Below, piece by piece: positions 59,432 through 64,000 of a stretch of 64,000 nt of DNA. The translations under genes were made by a program, and so were the position numbers. Source of the DNA: an uncultured Chlorobiaceae bacterium (GTDB lineage: Bacteria > Bacteroidota > Chlorobiia > Chlorobiales > Chlorobiaceae); assembly GCA_903824295.1 (NCBI GenBank), contig CAIJWE010000072.1, positions 705 to 64,704 on the forward strand, written 5' to 3'. How positions within the stretch are numbered: the first letter of the stretch is position 1; every line of letters starts with the position of its first letter. The notes beneath the pieces were generated by a model that saw only the letters and a program-made list of their open reading frames with translations, had not been told where the DNA came from and did no database searches.

Positions 59432-60088
59432 CTACCACTCGGTCGAGTACAACCCGATGATCTCCTTGTAGGCAATTGCTGTAGCACAAGCCGTAACCGG
59501 AATGGTGACCAGAAGACCGACTCCAAGGGCAAGAAATCCAAGGATGTTTATGACAAAAAGGGCAAAAGAAAATCCAAAAAACGCAAACCAGTTTTTGGTA
59601 ATGATTTTGCGGCTGGTCTCGAGTGCCTGCCAGAACTCCATACGGTAATCAATAATAAGGAAGGTAGTAAACATGTAGGAAACAGCAAGATAGACCGCCG
59701 GAATAATGAAAAGCACAAAACCGATGCCTACAAAAAAACCACCGGCAAGAGCGGCAAGAAAAAGGGGAAGAAAATAGTTAAACCCTTTAAAAAAATCGGC
59801 AAACTCCAGCGGTTGACCGCTCAGGAGCCTGAAAGCAGCAATTCCATATCCGGCGGAGAGCGATGCAAGAACCGCAGAGAAAAGAAACGACCCTGTAAAA
59901 GCAAGTTTTGAGCTTACAGCAGATGCCACAAAGATAATAAGCGTAAAGCCTGCAAACTCCCCGACGTGCTCCTTGAACATCTCAAACCCTCGTTTTATAT
60001 ACTCCTGCACATTGAGGCTGCAAGAAGTATTGAGCTGACGCTCAAACACCTGCGGATCAACTTTTACCCCAAAATCAAAGGCCGCCAT
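59432..60088 (-). CDS. Hypothetical multi-pass membrane protein (DUF975-like?)
   Basis: 218 aa with 5-6 TM helices. Confidence 0.5.
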   Translation of the reverse strand: MAAFDFGVKVDPQVFERQLNTSCSLNVQEYIKRGFEMFKEHVGEFAGFTLIIFVASAVSSKLAFTGSFLFSAVLASLSAGYGIAAFRLLSGQPLEFADFFKGFNYFLPLFLAALAGGFFVGIGFVLFIIPAVYLAVSYMFTTFLIIDYRMEFWQALETSRKIITKNWFAFFGFSFALFVINILGFLALGVGLLVTIPVTACATAIAYKEIIGLYSTEW

Positions 60089-60344
60089 AAGACGCTGTCT
60101 CCATATTTAAACGTTTCGCCGAAAGCAACAACCATCGGCAGAAAGAACGGGAATACCCTTACAGAGCGTAACGAACCGCCCCGCAGAAGAGTGCAGAACT
60201 TGCTGAAATTATAACGCCAAGTTACAAAAGAGACCTATATACACCAACTAAAATCAGAACATCCATAGAAAAAGTGGCCATGGCAGCAACCATTTTGGAA
60301 TTATTGAACCAGAAGACGGACAGTCCAGATCGAAAATTCAGTTC

Positions 60345-61859
60345 TTATTTTATAAAATCATGAGTATCAATTTGAGTATTTCTTGCCTGAAGAACAGATG
60401 ATATTGCATACTCTATATCAGCATTACATGTTCTATGGTTGACAATGGCTGCCCGAATCACCGTTCGGCCACCAAGCTCGGTGGTCGAAAAAACAACATC
60501 TCCTGATAATTGGAGTTGCTGCACAATCGTTGCATTAAGAGCACCTTGTAACAATGCATCCCAACCAAATGGTGCTGCATTGAAACAACAAACATTTAAA
60601 CGAACCGGGGCTTCCATTCTGAGCCAGAGTGAGTCGTTGACAAGAGCCTCCATGTGAGAGGCTAATTCACAGTTTCTCGTTATTGCCTTTCCGAGTGCAA
60701 TACTGCCGTATGTCCGCAAGGCGCACCAAACCTTCAGTGCTCTGAAACTTCTCGACAAATCAGTTCCGTAATCACAATACCAAGGGTCACCACCTCCCAG
60801 GCCTTGTTTCTGACCTGCAAGATAAGCTGGTCTGGTAGCAAATGTCTCACGATGTACCCGACCATCACGAATGAGAACCGCACCGCAGTCGTATTGTACA
60901 TACATCCATTTATGAAAATCGAAAGCAAGCGAGTCAGCCCGCTCTATACCTTTGGCTAATTCCTTCCATGGTGATTCTGCAAGTCTTGCCCAGGCACCAA
61001 ATGCCCCATCAACATGAAACCATATATTCTCTATCGCGCAGAAATCAGCAAGTGCTTCCAGGTCATCGAAAAAACCTGATTCCACTGATCCTGCGGTACC
61101 GATTACACAGAATGGTTGTATTCCGACAGTTCGATCTCTGGCGACGACCTGTTTGAGATGCTGAATGTCAATACCGCCATCAGAATCAAGCGGAATAGTT
61201 CTGAGTGAGGCTGCCCCCAATCCCAACAGTTCAAGAGCTTTGCTCGTTGAACTGTGTACTCCCGAAGCAGCATACGCAGCCAATTTTGGAAATTCCTGAA
61301 TGCCAGTGTAACGAGATTCGATCCCAAGAACTTTGGTGCGAGCAACAGCAAAAGCAATTATGGTTGCCTGGGATGTCCCTGAAACGAGAAGCCCGCTGGC
61401 CCCTTCCGGAAAACCGAAACAGCGACGACACCAATCCATGACTTCCCGTTCAACATAGACCGCTCCATGATCACGACCGCCACAATTACTGTTCATCGTA
61501 GCAGCTACGATTTCAGAAAGGATTCCGCTGGCAAGACCACTGCCATGCACCCAGCCAAAAAAGCGGGGATGGGTATTACCTGTACCAAAAGGCAGAATAT
61601 TGCGAGCAAGTTCATCGACCACCTCTGCATAGCCGACACCTTCAGTGGCTGAACCTAACATCACCGCATCGCAATCAGCATCAACAGGATGGCACCATGG
61701 GTGATCACGTGCTTCACTGAGGTGATCAATGCAAGTATCAAGCAAACGATGAGCGTGCTTTCGGAAATCACCCCAATCTGCTGGATCCAGGGGGGATGGC
61801 ATGTAATTCTCTACAGGGCAATTATCCATGAGATCACGAAGGATTTTCTTTTTTTTCAA
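60345..61859 (-). CDS. Group II pyridoxal-dependent amino-acid decarboxylase
   Basis: 'HPRFFGWV','SGTSQATI','HVDGAFG','DFHKWMYVQYDCG' (PLP lysine). Confidence 0.85.
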   Translation of the reverse strand: MKKKKILRDLMDNCPVENYMPSPLDPADWGDFRKHAHRLLDTCIDHLSEARDHPWCHPVDADCDAVMLGSATEGVGYAEVVDELARNILPFGTGNTHPRFFGWVHGSGLASGILSEIVAATMNSNCGGRDHGAVYVEREVMDWCRRCFGFPEGASGLLVSGTSQATIIAFAVARTKVLGIESRYTGIQEFPKLAAYAASGVHSSTSKALELLGLGAASLRTIPLDSDGGIDIQHLKQVVARDRTVGIQPFCVIGTAGSVESGFFDDLEALADFCAIENIWFHVDGAFGAWARLAESPWKELAKGIERADSLAFDFHKWMYVQYDCGAVLIRDGRVHRETFATRPAYLAGQKQGLGGGDPWYCDYGTDLSRSFRALKVWCALRTYGSIALGKAITRNCELASHMEALVNDSLWLRMEAPVRLNVCCFNAAPFGWDALLQGALNATIVQQLQLSGDVVFSTTELGGRTVIRAAIVNHRTCNADIEYAISSVLQARNTQIDTHDFIK

Positions 61860-63825
61860 AACAGGGCCAATAAGCGGCCAGTAACTCTATTTTTTTTATA
61901 GCACGTTTTGCATCAGAGATTTCTGATACCAATGCAGCTTCAAATGACCCCTGATCAACCTTGCCAAGAATATTGAAAAAACGGGCCCCAATTACCATGC
62001 GTAATGCGGTAATCTGCCCGTCTGCTTTACTGAGAGTAACCGGTTGCCCAAGGTGGGCCTCCTGTCGGGCCAGGATTTTGGTCGCTTCATCAGGTAAAAG
62101 TATTTCGTCACTGACATCTTTGTTGAGATACTCAAAAAGTTTTCTGCAAGATGCTGCGTTTAAAGGCAACAGTGATCCATCATTTTGCAGGCCCAGCACC
62201 TGAAAGGATGTGATTGTCAAACGCGAAAGTGCATCTGAATCGTCTTCAGGATAAATCCCCCCGGTCTCAACAATTTTTATGAACTTGCTTTGTGAAATAA
62301 ATTGTGTGAGGGCTGTTCGAAAACGGTAAAAGGCTTCTCGCCGGAAGTTATTTGATAACGAGGATAATAACCGTGCCTCAAGAAGTGCAGGCAGCCAGCG
62401 GAAAAGCGGCCCAAATCCAGCACTCGATGATCCGGAAACAGGCATGTGTGAAGACCATCGACATGTCCAGTCTGAAGCATGCCCAATTCCAGGGGCCTGT
62501 ACAAGGGCTTCCCCCACAGCAGTTGCTCTTTGTTGCATTGACGCAGGAACAACAAGCGCCCCGGAAAACGGAGGGCCAGTAAGAAACTTTGATCCGGAAA
62601 TTTGAACCATCCACCCTTTCCGTACAAGACCCCCTAATTCACTGAATGGCGTTCGCATCTGGCAGGCATCAACGACGACATCAACACGTCCAGGCATTCT
62701 CGTCACCAAAAGTTCAATTGCGCTGAGGCTCGGCGCACTCAGGCCCGTCTTTGAAGCCAGCAGGAGATGCACAAGAACATGATATCCTTTATCAATTGCA
62801 ATAGATGCTGTCTTTAAAAAATCGGCGTCGATATCCGACATTGATCGAGGTAAAGCGTTTTCATCCCTGATCTGAATTTTATGCAATGGAATGGGCCCCT
62901 CAGGCCAGACAGGCACTCCTTTTGTGATTGGTACATTTGCTCGAGAATTGTCGTCAAAATAACAACCACTACCGGCTAACAGTACCCCTTGGCCAGATTC
63001 TTCTGGCGCAATCAAGATATTACACAGAGGGCGTTTTCGTGCACCACTTCGGGAAACCAGTACCGCCAGCAACTCGGTATCCGTTCCTGATGGTGTAATA
63101 GCTATATCCGCATCTTCAGGCCCTAAATTTAGAAGAACCAGAATTTCAGATCCAATTGCATCCGATACTTTTTTTCGCAATTGCTCAACAGAAAAATCAC
63201 CGTTTATATATGCGGCTAAAAGATCACGACGAAAAAGATCACAGTAAAAAAAACCATAATCGCTGATTGCCGAAGCAGTAGAAGAGGAAAAGTGAATAGC
63301 CTCTGGTCGTGGTCGAGGCGGCACTCCATAAACGTTCTTGCTTGTCGTCTTGTCAAGACATAATCGGCTATCTCCTCCAGAAATGAGAAGCATCTCCAGC
63401 GGGGTTTCAAGTTCGCCGAATCCTACTGATGATTGAGAGTACTCATCAACAACCGCTCCGTCAACAAGGCTTGCTTGCCATTGCAAAAGCTCGTGATCAG
63501 GCCTCTCAATACATTTTTTGTTCTCCTCAAGAAACGCCGGAGGCAATATCTCTTCAACCAGTTTGCGCGATCGAGATGGCAACATTGCGATCAATTTCGC
63601 CCCATACTTTAAAAGATAACAAAGATGTGATGTTCGGACATGAGGAACTGCAGATCGAATAAATGATGCTTCAATAGCCCATCGTGCAATGGCTGCGGCT
63701 GCCTCAGAATCTTCAAGCAGAACAGGCGAGAGGACAACAAGAGCTGATGAAGTTATTGAAAATGGAATATTCTCCTGATCACCAAGCGCAATTCTGTTTG
63801 ACATACCGGAAAGCAAGGCTGACAT
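61834..63825 (-). CDS. Large protein with a class-V aminotransferase/desulfurase-like PLP fold; 5' end may lie beyond the window
   Basis: 'ITPSGTDTELLAV','DACQ','ISGSKFLTGPPFSGALVV' align with 'T.GgTe','DA.Q','SgHKf.GP.G.G.L'. The reading frame stays open from 63825 to 63999 (58 codons, no stop), so the start is unresolved. Confidence 0.55.
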   Translation of the reverse strand: MSALLSGMSNRIALGDQENIPFSITSSALVVLSPVLLEDSEAAAAIARWAIEASFIRSAVPHVRTSHLCYLLKYGAKLIAMLPSRSRKLVEEILPPAFLEENKKCIERPDHELLQWQASLVDGAVVDEYSQSSVGFGELETPLEMLLISGGDSRLCLDKTTSKNVYGVPPRPRPEAIHFSSSTASAISDYGFFYCDLFRRDLLAAYINGDFSVEQLRKKVSDAIGSEILVLLNLGPEDADIAITPSGTDTELLAVLVSRSGARKRPLCNILIAPEESGQGVLLAGSGCYFDDNSRANVPITKGVPVWPEGPIPLHKIQIRDENALPRSMSDIDADFLKTASIAIDKGYHVLVHLLLASKTGLSAPSLSAIELLVTRMPGRVDVVVDACQMRTPFSELGGLVRKGWMVQISGSKFLTGPPFSGALVVPASMQQRATAVGEALVQAPGIGHASDWTCRWSSHMPVSGSSSAGFGPLFRWLPALLEARLLSSLSNNFRREAFYRFRTALTQFISQSKFIKIVETGGIYPEDDSDALSRLTITSFQVLGLQNDGSLLPLNAASCRKLFEYLNKDVSDEILLPDEATKILARQEAHLGQPVTLSKADGQITALRMVIGARFFNILGKVDQGSFEAALVSEISDAKRAIKKIELLAAYWPCFEKKENPS

Positions 63826-64000
63826 GGCTGCATTGCATTGAAGCAGATGCCGAAGACGAGCATGAGGTATAACCTGTTCAGGCTTTGAATGAATGTTTAC
63901 TTGAACAGATGGGCCTATATCAAGACGATCAAGGATTGTTAAATAAAAAGCGTGTGATATATCCTCATAAGATTTCTTTGTATGAACTATGGTAGAATTA

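Overview
This 64-kb segment looks chromosomal and probably comes from a green sulfur bacterium (Chlorobiaceae). That placement is an inference from gene content: a BchY-like chlorophyllide reductase subunit, a CsmB-like chlorosome envelope protein, a menaquinone operon, and FISUMP/DUF1566 surface proteins. I can support about 60 protein genes, one tRNA, several hairpin terminators and one perfect 48-bp direct repeat. I found no rRNA, CRISPR array, transposase or integrase. Most of the window is housekeeping: xseA, kdsB, gatC, gltA, menF-D and menH-B-C-E, dapB, parAB, mgtE, ETF-QO, mnmA, metH and two L,D-transpeptidases. Four accessory patches stand out. (1) At 19.1-28.4 kb, a ~9.3-kb block splits the men operon between menD and menH. 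It carries a PstI/BsuBI-like type II R-M pair. Next to it is a three-gene minus-strand operon: a CN-hydrolase-like protein, a wHTH protein, and a 911-aa fusion of a ParA-like domain (variant KGGVGR P-loop), an Mrr-like nuclease and a NACHT NTPase. This operon is my best candidate for an undescribed defence system. (2) At 33.1-35.0 kb there is an AT-richer islet with two small membrane proteins, a stop-interrupted HicB relic and a PIN-first toxin-antitoxin (TA) pair. (3) At 42.8-46.2 kb, an AIPR (Abi-like) gene is bracketed by a perfect 48-bp direct repeat that duplicates the 3' end of a decayed cas6, next to a solitary restriction-endonuclease-like gene. (4) From 60.3 kb to the window end there are two overlapping PLP-enzyme genes. 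Smaller oddities are a C7/G7 homopolymer frameshift in an outer-membrane protein gene, a tRNA-Asp with a weak anticodon stem, and an unexplained ~300-bp non-coding stretch near the start. All family calls come from motif recognition by eye; no searches were run.
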